Both the position numbers and the translations under genes were made by a program. From positions 248,001-312,000 of the forward strand of contig JAHDYR010000064.1 of assembly GCA_019828565.1 (NCBI GenBank): a stretch of DNA of 64,000 nt, written 5' to 3'. This document shows, piece after piece, positions 1-10,689 of this stretch. Under the pieces are notes generated by a model. It made no database searches and was not told the origin of the DNA. It saw nothing but the letters and a program-made list of their open reading frames with translations. Source of the DNA: Carpediemonas membranifera BICM. Its lineage: Eukaryota > Protista > Fornicata. Position 1 is the stretch's first letter. Each line of letters begins with the position of its first letter.

Positions 1-7
1 CCAACTC

Positions 8-949
8 TTAAACAACGTTTACGGGGTCGTTATTAGCGAACATCACAACGTTTTCCACGACAATCTCGACCCTCCTTTCGAACGCCTGCTTGGTGGCATA
101 TGCGATGTGGGGTGTGAGCGATGTTCTCGGGGCACCCAACATTGGATGGTCCTGTGCCAGTGGCGGCTCAATGTCAAACACGTCAATGGCCGCATGCGCC
201 AGGTGGCCTGCGTGCAGTGCTGCTGCCAATGCTTCCTGGTCTACAATGGGGCCACGGGCAGTGTTGATGAGGATAGCGTCAGGTTTCATGGTGGCAAGCT
301 CCATGGCTCCAATAAGGCCGCGCGTGACTGGGGTGAGTGGGAGATGGATGCTGACGATGTCTGAACCGTGCAAAACCTCATCCAGGGGTGCATACACACC
401 AGGGAAGTCGGGGCGCTCCGTCCGGCTGAAGCCCAGAACTTCACAGCCCATCGCCTTGAAGATCTGCGCAGTGTAGCATCCGATAGCACCTGTGCCAATG
501 ATTCCTACCGTCTTCCCGCGAAGATCCTGGCCAACACGTCCATCGCGGCCCTCGGATAACCGTGTGGCTGCGTCGCTGAGGACGAAATCACGGAGGGCGG
601 AGATGGCCATGCCCAGGGCCAGCTCAGCCACGGGGACGGTGCTGTAGCCTGAGGCGTTGCATACGGTGATGCCGTGAGCGTGGCAGTAAGCAACGTCGAC
701 GAGATCTGTGCCTGTGAAGGCCACGGAAATCATCTTGAGCTTGGGGAGGCGAGAAATGACGCTCTCCCTGAACGGGATGTTGGCAAATATGACAGCCTCG
801 GCGTTCTCGGCACGGGAAACGAGTTCACCCTCATTAGTTGTCCGCGAGTTGAAGACAACGAGAGAGTGGCCATTCTGCTCAAGCTTGGCCTTAGCAGCCT
901 CAATGGCGCCATCAGAAATCTCTAGCTTGTCGATGAGTGCTACAAGCAT
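8..949 (-). CDS. D-isomer-specific 2-hydroxyacid dehydrogenase (glycerate/hydroxypyruvate reductase-like)
   Basis: Rossmann motif GIIGTGAIG, INTARG, DVFDIEPP and TPHIA (catalytic Arg/Glu/His); 313 aa, intronless. Confidence 0.9.
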   Translation of the reverse strand: MLVALIDKLEISDGAIEAAKAKLEQNGHSLVVFNSRTTNEGELVSRAENAEAVIFANIPFRESVISRLPKLKMISVAFTGTDLVDVAYCHAHGITVCNASGYSTVPVAELALGMAISALRDFVLSDAATRLSEGRDGRVGQDLRGKTVGIIGTGAIGCYTAQIFKAMGCEVLGFSRTERPDFPGVYAPLDEVLHGSDIVSIHLPLTPVTRGLIGAMELATMKPDAILINTARGPIVDQEALAAALHAGHLAHAAIDVFDIEPPLAQDHPMLGAPRTSLTPHIAYATKQAFERRVEIVVENVVMFANNDPVNVV

Positions 950-1145
950 CTTGTTTGGTTGTATTGCGATCGACAGAAGATGTCGGTTAAAAGTGCAGTT
1001 TAACCCGCTCGGGCTGTGGCATGCTTCATCCTCATGCCCTGGAACTCAGCGTAGGAGCAAGATTGCCCTTGGATACATCAGAATAGTTTTGTCAGTTTTG
1101 ACCAGTGACGCTAGCGCCAGAACTCCAGGTTGAGAGGAGCTTGCG

Positions 1146-3014
1146 ATGAGTATCACGAAGCGCGCCATGCGTTGGAGCTTGATGGATATCTCCCCTTCGC
1201 CCGGCGATGATAGCTTCATCCTCTACGATGAACAAGACCCAGCGATTCTCATCAACGCCCCAGGCAGCGCCCAGCGGACCTTGCTCGAAAGTGGTATCCG
1301 CATGCGCCGTCTACAAGCAGTGATACTCACAGACATGACTCCTACGCACGTTGAGGGACTCCCAGGCGCCCTATTCACCTTCCACGACACCGTCACCGCC
1401 CACTTCCCTGACCGCACCCTGCCAGTGTACACTGCAGACACAGAGGACCCTAGGATGACCCATATCAACGGTATCATGCAGGACATGGTGGTGTGGCGGG
1501 CCCTGGAGCCAAGGTTCGTCGTCGATCCCGTCGTCATGCACTACAGGACTGTCGGAGACACCAAGCTCGTATGCGCCGAGTTCCCCGAGCTCCCTCCCAA
1601 GTTTGATGGGCTCAAGGCCAAGTCTCTCGGGGTGAAGGGGATACTGTGCCGGGAACTGGCCCAGGGCCGCAGCGTCGTTGTCAACGGGACAACGGTCGAG
1701 CCGCACCAGGTCCTGAGTGACGTAAGACCGGGCGGTGTCCTCGTCATCGCCCTCTGCAAGGACAAGGCCGACCCAGCAACCATTGAGGCCGTCGCCGAGT
1801 ACTCCCCGACTGTCGCAGTCTTCTCCACGGACCAGCCATGTCCTGCCCCAGCCATCCAGGGCTGCGAATGCTTCATGAGGTGGCGGTACGGCGGCCATCC
1901 CGTGGGGCTCCGGTACCCGACGGTGCAGGCGATCAAGACGTACCACTCGGACCGGTTCTTGACTCCGCGACTGTATCTTGGGGCTGAGTCGATATCCACA
2001 ATCCACACTGAATCTATCATATCTATGCAAAATCGAACGGTCACCCCCGCCCCCAGTCGAGTGCTCTCCTCCGAAGTCATCCAGGAGTACGCAACCAAAC
2101 GGACACTGACTCTCGACCGGATCACCCCCCGCTCCTCCCTCTTACAAGACGGGTCACAATCCGGCACACCTAGTGTCATCTTCCTCGGCACGTCCGCTAT
2201 GATGCCTGTGGCCGAGAGGAATGTGACCTCGATCCTGCTCAGGGCGTCTGGGGGATCAGTCCTCTTCGACTGCGGCGAGGGCACGTGGCGGCAGATGCTT
2301 ATGGCCAGCCTGGGCGATGAAATTACGAGGCTGCAGGCCGTTGTCATCACCCATTCCCACGCGGACCACACTGTCGGGCTGACTCGACTCGTTTATGAGA
2401 GAACCAAGGCTGGGGCGACTACCCCGCTGTTCTTGGCGTGTGATAACCTCGTGTGGTCGTTCTTCTCGTCAATTCTCGGGTCGACTGTAACTCGAGTCAA
2501 CACAGTCGGCCTTTGCCGGAGTGCCGGAGACTTTGGGTTGCCGGATGGTATTGAGTGTCTGAAAACATTCCCCGTGCCGCATATTCCGGACTCGTCCGGA
2601 ATCAGGGTCGACTTGCCCGACTTCTCCTTTGCCTTCAGCGGCGACACGCCACCCACGCCCACGCTGATTGAAGCATGCAGCGGAGTCAACCTGCTGATCC
2701 ACGAGGCCACGTTCCCCGGCGGTTCAGCCGACCGCGATGAGAATACCAAGCTCGGTCTCCAAGCCCACTCGACCGCGGTTGAAGCGGTCACCGCGGGCAA
2801 GGAGTGCGGGTGCCAATGGGTTGTCCTCACCCACTTCAGCGGCCGGGTGAGTGCCCACCTGACCCGGGGTCTGCTCAAGGACATTGGGCCCAAGGTGATT
2901 GTTGCCGGAGACTTACTGGCACTGCCCTTGGATACCGCCGGGCTCTGTGAGCTGGAGAAGGCCATGGAGCCGATGGACAGGGTGTGGGCGACTGCAAGGG
3001 CGCCCAAGCGGTGA
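1146..3014 (+). CDS. tRNase Z, long form (ELAC2-like)
   Basis: FLGTSAMMP..RNVTS, LFDCGEGT, THSHADH, FSGDT, HEATF, HST and LTHFS motifs; degenerate N-terminal MBL half with flexible arm (KFDGLKAKSLGVKG). Confidence 0.9.
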   Translation: MSITKRAMRWSLMDISPSPGDDSFILYDEQDPAILINAPGSAQRTLLESGIRMRRLQAVILTDMTPTHVEGLPGALFTFHDTVTAHFPDRTLPVYTADTEDPRMTHINGIMQDMVVWRALEPRFVVDPVVMHYRTVGDTKLVCAEFPELPPKFDGLKAKSLGVKGILCRELAQGRSVVVNGTTVEPHQVLSDVRPGGVLVIALCKDKADPATIEAVAEYSPTVAVFSTDQPCPAPAIQGCECFMRWRYGGHPVGLRYPTVQAIKTYHSDRFLTPRLYLGAESISTIHTESIISMQNRTVTPAPSRVLSSEVIQEYATKRTLTLDRITPRSSLLQDGSQSGTPSVIFLGTSAMMPVAERNVTSILLRASGGSVLFDCGEGTWRQMLMASLGDEITRLQAVVITHSHADHTVGLTRLVYERTKAGATTPLFLACDNLVWSFFSSILGSTVTRVNTVGLCRSAGDFGLPDGIECLKTFPVPHIPDSSGIRVDLPDFSFAFSGDTPPTPTLIEACSGVNLLIHEATFPGGSADRDENTKLGLQAHSTAVEAVTAGKECGCQWVVLTHFSGRVSAHLTRGLLKDIGPKVIVAGDLLALPLDTAGLCELEKAMEPMDRVWATARAPKR

Positions 3015-3063
3015 TAAATTATTATCTTGAGACACTCCTCGACTCTGCTTCTTTATGAATATC

Positions 3064-3843
3064 TCACGAGAACTGCATGTGTCGCCTCAAGAACTCCACA
3101 GACGCGTCGATCATGCCATCACAGACCTCATGACCAACGCCCCTGAAGATCTTAGCCTCAACCTCCACTCCGATGCAGGTCAACACCCTCGCCCCCAGCT
3201 GGGTCTTTGTGTAGTTGATCCTCTGATCACGGTCTCCATGAAGGAGCAGTATTGGGGTGTATTTGTGGGATTGGGCGGAAGTGTCGCAGTCGCCGTTCAT
3301 ACCTCCATTGCTCCAGGCTGTCTTGAAGGCAGCCGTGTTGAAGCCGGGGATGTCTGCCGTCACGGTAGGGCTGTCTATATCGACCGCCAAGCCACTGGAT
3401 ATGCCTACACATGCACCATATCGCCTCGCCAGCGCCAAGAAGGTCGCGACGAGGGAACCTTGAGAGAAGCCAAGGATGCCAACCCGACCCAGGTCAAGGC
3501 CGAGCATCCCAGCCTGGGCCTCAATGAAGCTGTGCAGGTTTGGCACGAGACGAGCGATTCTGCTGTGCGCCACTGGGACGGAGAACTCTGCAGAGTCTGG
3601 CGTGATGAGGGAGAACCACTGTCGCGAATCAGGACGGCGTTCAATGGGCATATGGGGATTGTCCTCAAAGGGTTCACAGCCATTAATCACTAGAATTCCC
3701 GCTTCAGGCATTTGCTTCGACAGATTCTGTGCTGTAGGCAGCGTTGTTTCAATACTGCCGCTGTAGCCATGGAGGAGCGCGAGAAGATACTCTGGCTTCT
3801 CACTGGTTGCTGGTGAGATGTATTTGCTTTCAAATAGCTCCAT
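3064..3843 (-). CDS. Phospholipase/carboxylesterase (alpha/beta hydrolase)
   Basis: LLHGYSG, RQWF, nucleophile elbow GFSQG, HGDRD and GVGH complete the Ser-Asp-His triad. Confidence 0.88.
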   Translation of the reverse strand: MELFESKYISPATSEKPEYLLALLHGYSGSIETTLPTAQNLSKQMPEAGILVINGCEPFEDNPHMPIERRPDSRQWFSLITPDSAEFSVPVAHSRIARLVPNLHSFIEAQAGMLGLDLGRVGILGFSQGSLVATFLALARRYGACVGISSGLAVDIDSPTVTADIPGFNTAAFKTAWSNGGMNGDCDTSAQSHKYTPILLLHGDRDQRINYTKTQLGARVLTCIGVEVEAKIFRGVGHEVCDGMIDASVEFLRRHMQFS

Positions 3844-3959
3844 TATTCTTTCAACACCTCAAAGAGTTACTCGTACGTTGCAAGTTGTCATGACATCCGT
3901 TCAAGTCACGACTCAACTCAACTCTGGGCCTTCGTTTACGTTCTACATAAGCTATATAA

Positions 3960-5393
3960 TCAGTCGCTCGAGTACCGCGTCAGCAGCAACGAGCATGCCT
4001 CGACCAGCAGGCTATTGAGCGTATTCGCATCCGGTGCCGCATTGCTCACAGCTTCGAGTGCCTCACTGAACTGCGACACGCCAGCCAGGTCGACCTCAGT
4101 CATCTTCACAGGCTCATTCGCTGCCTGGTCTGCTGCTGCGAGGAGGACCCGGCCGTCTATGGGCTGATTCAGGACGATTGCACCAGAACTCATAGCAGAC
4201 TCAAGATCACCAATCAAATCCGAAATTTGATCGACCTTTCGCCCCAGCACGGCGAGCTCAGCCTCATCGAGAGTACATGCCTCGCCCAGCTCCGCCTCCA
4301 TGCGAGTAAAGATTCCATCAAGCTCAGCTGTCACACGACTAGTTGTGGCGTTATCCACGGCCTGCACGGCGTCTCTCACAGCCACAGCGAGCTGCCTTTC
4401 CATGCTGTTCGGACCGTGTTCAAAAGCTTTGAGTCTACCGAGTGCAACCTCTGCCTGGAGCAGTACAACTTCCAGCAGCTCCTCCGCACTGACTTCTGGT
4501 GCCGGCTGGGGCCCTGGGGTGGCTACCACTCTCGAGGCAGACCTGGGACGGGAAGTCGTGGGTGTTCTTGCTCTGACGCGAGTGACACTTGAGGGCCGGA
4601 CATTGGAATATGCCGGTCGGGCATTGGCGGTGTGGGTGGCAGGTTTGGCAGTAGGGGTGGGTCGTGCGGTGGCCCTGAGAGGGCCTGTGGTTCGAACAAC
4701 AGTGCGAGCCTGCACTGTCCGCTGTGTTCCAGTAGCAGTACCGCACACGGTCGGCCGCTCCATGGTGGCGCGGGTCATTGTCAGTCGCTCGGCCCGTGGT
4801 CCGACTGAGGCCGGCCTGGTGCCAACCATCACTGGTGTGCGGGCCCTGTTGCTGGAAGGTCTCAGAGAAGCGGCGGGGGCGGCAGATGTTGGCCTACTCT
4901 GACCAGAGGAGATGGATGAGGCGCGGGGCCGCGTGGGCCGGGCAGCAGAGGCCGGCCTCCGCTCCGAGACAGTGATGTTGATACGATCAAGGTGCTTTAG
5001 GCCCTTGCCGCATCGGGCGATTACTGAGCGACGGTACTCGGGACCTAGAGTGATCTCTATGGGGTTGCCCTCGAGGTATAGGTGGCTCAAGAGGGTTAGG
5101 TTGGCGAGCTTGCTTGTTTCCTGTATGTCTGCAATGAGATTGTGAGAAAGATTGAGTGTGGAAATCCGCTTGAACGAAAGTAGGCTGATATCTATAGAGG
5201 TTAGTTGGTTGTGGGAAAGGTCGAGGACGGAGAGATAAGAGGGCTTCCTCAAAAGCCGAGAAATGGCATCGCTGAAGCCAATCCAGCTAGTAAACGCTTG
5301 ATAGCTTAGATCAAGCGCACTGACGTTGTCTCTTGGCTCGTCTGTGATGCTCTCAAATGTTTTCGCCTCATATGCAACCACGGGGCTCCCCAT
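3960..5393 (-). CDS. Leucine-rich repeat protein (LRRC51/SDS22-like N-terminus) with an RPxSA/T-rich low-complexity region
   Basis: LDLSHNQL, LNLSHNLI and LYLEGNPI repeats followed by an LRRcap (YRRSVI...LKHLD). Confidence 0.75.
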   Translation of the reverse strand: MGSPVVAYEAKTFESITDEPRDNVSALDLSYQAFTSWIGFSDAISRLLRKPSYLSVLDLSHNQLTSIDISLLSFKRISTLNLSHNLIADIQETSKLANLTLLSHLYLEGNPIEITLGPEYRRSVIARCGKGLKHLDRINITVSERRPASAARPTRPRASSISSGQSRPTSAAPAASLRPSSNRARTPVMVGTRPASVGPRAERLTMTRATMERPTVCGTATGTQRTVQARTVVRTTGPLRATARPTPTAKPATHTANARPAYSNVRPSSVTRVRARTPTTSRPRSASRVVATPGPQPAPEVSAEELLEVVLLQAEVALGRLKAFEHGPNSMERQLAVAVRDAVQAVDNATTSRVTAELDGIFTRMEAELGEACTLDEAELAVLGRKVDQISDLIGDLESAMSSGAIVLNQPIDGRVLLAAADQAANEPVKMTEVDLAGVSQFSEALEAVSNAAPDANTLNSLLVEACSLLLTRYSSD

Positions 5394-5562
5394 TTGAGCG
5401 GCGGAGCTGAATACGCAGGATAAGGAAAATAGAAAATTCGCGCGGGCAATACGTCGTTAGCCTCGAATTATATGCTGGGCATACTCCTTTTCACACTTGT
5501 TGTCTGGCGCGACCGATATTTTAATTTGCCAGTTTTGGCAAGCTCTCCTGACTCCATCGCGT

Positions 5563-6206
5563 ATGCCTCCACGGTTCCCCAAGGGCGGTGCTGCAGCCGC
5601 TGTGAAGAATATGATTCCTAAGACATATCCAGTTCGTCACCCGCCATCCCTTTACACAGGACCTGAAGCGTCCACCAATTGAGATGCCAAGGGAGGATCA
5701 GGCGGCTCATGTAGCGCAACAATGGGTTCGTTTACAAACTCCTTCTAACACAGAGCCAACGTTTGTTTGCCAGAATCGCCGCGGGAACAGCTTTGTTGCC
5801 TTCCACGCCCGACGAGTTTGCAGCAGCGGGCTGGACTGGTCCCAATATCAGCTCGAAACTTGATCCTGCTATTCGTAAGACACTGTCAGAGGTCCCCAAA
5901 GAGCTGCGACGCCCTCCCCCGTTTGCTTGGGCAGAGTTCAAGGACACCCACGCCAAGCTGTCAAAGCGCAAGGCACGTTCTGGGCTAGATGCAGAGCTAT
6001 ACGTCGATGCCGACACGGACGAAGAAGACGGCCGTGAGAAGAAGCGCGACAACGAGGCGAGCACCTTTGCCGATGACGTTGACGAGGTCGCCCCCGAAGA
6101 CTCCAGTGACGAGGAGGCAGACTTCGACACGGTTCGCCAGGTTGACTTCGAAGACGGCATGGATGAGGAGGAGGAGGCCGCAGACGACGAGGCTGTTTAT
6201 GAGTAG
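5563..6206 (+). CDS. Small acidic-tailed protein, possibly RNA polymerase III subunit RPC7/C31; exons 5563-5631, 5660-5725, 5754-6206
   Basis: Removing two 28-nt GT-AG introns gives one frame MPPRFPKGG...KTYP|DLKRPP...QQW|SQRLFAR...; PKELR motif and a long Asp/Glu tail resemble RPC31. Gene structure is well supported, product is tentative. Confidence 0.5.
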
Positions 6207-6362
6207 GATGGAGGTATACTTTGAAGGAACTATAAAGGCAATTGCGGGATGGTGGGTTGATATTAGGTACTATTCCACTGTGTGGAGCGTGCTGAGAGGC
6301 GAGGGGCGATGGAGCGTGACCAACTTGATCAACTCGGGACCGGTCGAACGAACTCGTCACCG

Positions 6363-8316
6363 ATGAGAGAAGTCCTTGCTATATTGCTTCTGGTGGCGTT
6401 TTCGCTACAATCTAGTGCTCTAATGAACATATACGTTTGTTACGACCTTCAAACTCACCTAGAACCATTTCCTTCGAGAGATGGCGTACACTGGGCTCTA
6501 TATCGAGCTATACGAGTCTGAGATCGGCACCTACGATCAGACATACTTCGAGTCTTACAATTGCGACCTTTCCAAGCAGCGCTACACCCCAAACTATGCC
6601 CTCGAGATCGATTCCCTTTCGGACTTGACGTCGTCGGGCAAGCTCCGTGTCGCCATGGCCTCGCACGTGCTCCCTGGCTTCTGGTACGCCGATGACACTG
6701 GAGATGCCCGCGGTTTTGAGTACAAGATGCTTGTTCAGTTCGCAGCCTACCTTTCGAGCACCCTTGGTGTTGAGATCGAGCCCGAATTCATCCAACAAGA
6801 TCTGATGAACGATGCGCTCGTGGCCTACGTCACTGCAGGCAATGCCGACATCACGTGCAACACCGTCACTCGTACTACAAGCCGACTCGACAGCGGGGCG
6901 TATTTTGGGTGCGCCGAGCTCACGTCTTCTCCAGTTCTCCTTGTCGGGCCAGCATTCTTCGATGATTTCTCGATTAGTGCGGCTCAGCTCGCCACTATGA
7001 GCATCGAAGACTTCAACGACCCCGTATACAAGCTCGGCACCATGGCTGGCCGCTCATTCAGCCGTTATGAGGTCGAAGTCCTACCCGACACAACTTCAGT
7101 ACCCCTTGACTTCACAGACTACCTCGACCAAATGGCAGCAGGCGCCTGTCACTTCTTATTCCTAGACAAACCAGCTGTCGAGCGGGCCATCACGTACGAC
7201 CTCCCAGCCGACTACCCAGGGACCCAGTGGGCAGAGGGGCCGGCGTATATTGACCAGACTACGGGTCAACCCATGGTTGAGGTCATATCCTGCGCGTTTA
7301 GAGAAGACGCTGAGGATAAGTCGACGGGCCACTCGACCCTAGTGGCAAAGTGGGAGGAGGTCATGTCCAACTACGACTTCGAGACTGCTCTGGCCGGGCT
7401 GGGCTGGACCCATCCTGCAGCAGCATTCCCAGCGATCCCCCAGCCGCTGGGAACGAACGCTGAAAGTAGTAACTATGCCACAGGGCTACTTAGGTGGGTT
7501 TTGGACAAGCAGATCCTGTCGGTGGGCGTGCAGGAGTTCCCCTCGTTCTTCGAGTATGATTCTTATGGGAACGCGACAGGATATGTTGTAGATTTGGTCG
7601 ATTTCTTTGTAGATTCGCTCTACACCCAGTACGGCAAGAATATCACCACGAGATACACAATGATCACACCAGATGATGTCGCGACCACTCTTGTAGACAC
7701 CAACGACACCACGAGAGTCGACATGGTCTTCGTCGGCGCAGAAAACGCCGAGCTTGTCTCAGTTACAACCACGGCCGGCCCCTACATGTACGCCGCCCTT
7801 GGCCTGGTATACAACGCAACCAGCTGGCCCCACGGTAATATGCCTTCCATCGCTAGCCTTAACCTGCCAGACGTGACCTTATGTGTCGGCAGTCTTGCCA
7901 ACCTGGTGACCCAATATTGCCCCGGAACGGGTATAGTCTACCACGGAATGGACACCACCGCGCTGGCCGCTTTGTTTGAGGGAGCATGCGATGCGGTGGT
8001 TGCTCCTTTCGAGTATATCGCTGCGTATCTGAATAGATATGATACAGATTCAGAGTTCATCATGAATCCGACCTCATGGTGGACGAACTCGTTCTGGCGT
8101 CCCAAGCTCTCGAACCAAGCTGTTGCCAGGTATGAAGAGTCTTCATCTAGCGGGTCGATATCAGCCAAGACTCTTATATTCACCGCGGAGCTGAGCATTG
8201 TTGCTTCCTTCATCGTTATTGTTGCGCTTTGGGTACAGCTGGTGGTGTTCTTGAATCTGTTTGCGCTTCTTTTGTTCAGATTCAAGCAGATTACTGTGGC
8301 TCGATCACACGCGTGA
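6363..8316 (+). CDS. Signal peptide + two family-3 solute-binding (PBP2) domains + C-terminal TM helix; exons 6363-6434, 6463-8316
   Basis: MREVLAILLLVAFSLQSSA joins the 611-aa ORF in frame across a 28-nt intron. GKLRVAM..PGFWYADDTG..RGFE and LSVGVQEFPSFFEYDSYG..TGYVVDL match SBP_bac_3 N-termini; hydrophobic C-terminus. Confidence 0.75.
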
Positions 8317-8452
8317 GGGGCAGACAAACGTTTATTGTTATAGTAATGCTTGTACGATAAAGACTATTGCAACTCGATGCATTTACCGCGTTCTAATGGC
8401 GAGATACATAACGTATGATACACTCAACCGAGAGCCGATCAAAAGATCATCA

Positions 8453-9427
8453 TCATCTGCGTCTAAGCCCTTCTAGGGCCAGCCCGATGTTTCTGACGAT
8501 AACAATCTCTGGCGAGGGGGTCGCATCCACACCGGCCGGCCCCCCTTCAATCTCCACTCCGGGCGTGCATGCTATGAGGGACCGCGCCTCCGCGAACACC
8601 GTCTGCGGCTGAATGCTCGTCATCGCTGCGATTGTTCCACAAAGATCGTCAAACTCGATCGGTTGGGTGGTATTCGCCGTCTTTTCAAGCTGCACTCTCA
8701 AGGCCTTTCGGATATGAGCTCGGGCAGACACCTCTTGCATGAGTCGGGCGTGCGTTTTGTGCGCGGGGTTTTCGGCATGATCATCGACAAGTAGTAAGAC
8801 GGGAGACTCTGAATTCGTCGGGATTGGGTCTCTCGCGACAACGAAAGGACTCTCGGTGCTGCCGCTGCGCCGGGCATTGCGCCTGGATGCGAAAGAGACT
8901 GTCGCTCTCGATGCTGGCGCAGGCATAGCCACCTTGGGCACCTGCGTGACCTCTGTGATGTGTCCAAGTCGGCCGAGCCCCTCCGTTATGGCCTTTCTGA
9001 TCTCGTGATCGGCCATTCGCTTGAAAGAAACGACGATTTGATTGCCCGACCAGGTCAGCGGGAACACGGTTGGAGGGAGCAGGTACAGCAGGCGCCGCAC
9101 GTTGTCTACGGTGGCCATGGGGTTGTTGTGGGTGACTCGGGCGAATTGAACAACTTGACGGAGAGCTCGAGGGTGCTGAAGAAGATCGGATAGCTCGTAA
9201 TATAGCTCGTACAGCTGAGGAAAGAGCGCGTGTTCGTGTGGAGTTAGCGGCTTGGTAATTCCACTGCCATCTCTTGACTGCGGCGTGGAAAGACGGGCTC
9301 CGCCATCCAACAACGGGGCATGGTATGTGTGCTTGTTAAAAACGGGCATTGCTGAATCGTGCAAATGAAGTGTAACTGACTTTTGCCTGCGCGTGTCGCC
9401 ACTTTCTCGCTCGTATCTTCCAGCCAT
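8453..9427 (-). CDS. Hypothetical protein, weak resemblance to Cdt1 (two winged-helix-like segments)
   Basis: Long ORF, first ATG at 9427. QFARV...TVDNVRRLLYLLP and IRKALR...LCGTI...SLIACTP recall the Cdt1 middle and C-terminal domains, by eye only. Confidence 0.4.
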   Translation of the reverse strand: MAGRYERESGDTRRQKSVTLHLHDSAMPVFNKHTYHAPLLDGGARLSTPQSRDGSGITKPLTPHEHALFPQLYELYYELSDLLQHPRALRQVVQFARVTHNNPMATVDNVRRLLYLLPPTVFPLTWSGNQIVVSFKRMADHEIRKAITEGLGRLGHITEVTQVPKVAMPAPASRATVSFASRRNARRSGSTESPFVVARDPIPTNSESPVLLLVDDHAENPAHKTHARLMQEVSARAHIRKALRVQLEKTANTTQPIEFDDLCGTIAAMTSIQPQTVFAEARSLIACTPGVEIEGGPAGVDATPSPEIVIVRNIGLALEGLRRR

Positions 9428-9620
9428 CAACAAACCGGGAAAATTTTGACACAGAGTTTCTGAAACGGTCAAATCTATACTGGCAGCCTTGGCCAGACTG
9501 GAAATGGGCTCAGTGGCTCGTGGAAGCAGCGCGGGGCGAGTTCACTTTTTGCATGAAAAAAAGCTCAGCATCGCTGTCGACGCCGAACTCGGTCAAGAAG
9601 CTAAACGAACCATAACAAAC

Positions 9621-10058
9621 ATGATCCGCTTTGTATTTGTAATATCAAAAGTAGGAAAGACGCGTCTCTCGAGGTATTATGAGGCTGTGGAAGACGCTGA
9701 GCGCACTAGGATCCGTAAGGAGCTGGAATTGATGGTTAGCACAACGCGCAAGTCTCCTTCAACTGCAATCAAGGAATGGGACCAGTACAAGCTCGTCATG
9801 AGGCGTTATGCTTCCCTGACTATCATATTCTGCCTTGACTTTAAGAGCAACGAGCTCCTCGCGCTTGAGGCCATCCATCACTTTGTGGAGACCCTCGACC
9901 GGTACTTTGGGAGTGTGTGCGAGCTTGACCTCATCTGTAATGTATCCGCCGCATACTATGTCCTGGATCAGCTCATCATCGATGGCGTAGTCCAGGAGGG
10001 CGTTACGAACAAGACCTCAGTACAACGAGTTCTGGCCATGCACAACGACGCCAAGTAG
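9621..10058 (+). CDS. Clathrin adaptor (AP) complex small sigma subunit
   Basis: MIRFVFVISKVGKTRLSRYY, RRYASL, NELLALEAIHHFVETLDRYFGSVCELDLI. The specific AP complex is not resolved. Confidence 0.93.
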   Translation: MIRFVFVISKVGKTRLSRYYEAVEDAERTRIRKELELMVSTTRKSPSTAIKEWDQYKLVMRRYASLTIIFCLDFKSNELLALEAIHHFVETLDRYFGSVCELDLICNVSAAYYVLDQLIIDGVVQEGVTNKTSVQRVLAMHNDAK

Positions 10059-10689
10059 GAGCTATTTCGTCCATTTTTATTGTTAAACTGTTCCGTTTTT
10101 CTGCTCACTTTCAATAATCAAAACGTGCCAACTCAAACTCACAGGCAACAGTCAATCACTCATAGCCCTCCAACAGCCTCCCCAGTCCTTTATGGAGGTC
10201 AACACAGGCTGTCCGAACACAACCCTCCACGTCACCCTGAAGCAGAGTCGCCTTGATCGTCACGCCCCCCGGGGCCTCAAGCACACCTCCAAGCTTCATC
10301 ACAAGCTGGCCCACATGCCCTGTCACGTGCATTTTTGCCGATTCTGCGACCAATCCGGTGAGTCCCCTTATAGCCATGAGAAGGGGCAGTGAGAAGGGGC
10401 CCCTACCTCGGAGTAGACCACGTCAAGCTCAGACCTGAGGTCCACAAAGGTCTGGTCGATGTCTGCCACAGACTTTGCCTGCCGGATTCGTGCCGGGGCC
10501 AGGTCGAGTGAGTTGATAAAAATCTCTCGAGTCACGGACCCAGGCGAACTGCTGGATCCAATGGAGAGCCACGCGGAGAGTCCCCACACCCTTGTTACGG
10601 GACGTGAGAACCGATGTGCCTGAGTCGACATGGGACATCACATGTGGGTCATGCACGCCGAGGCTAACTCCGGCAAGCTCGAGAGCTGT

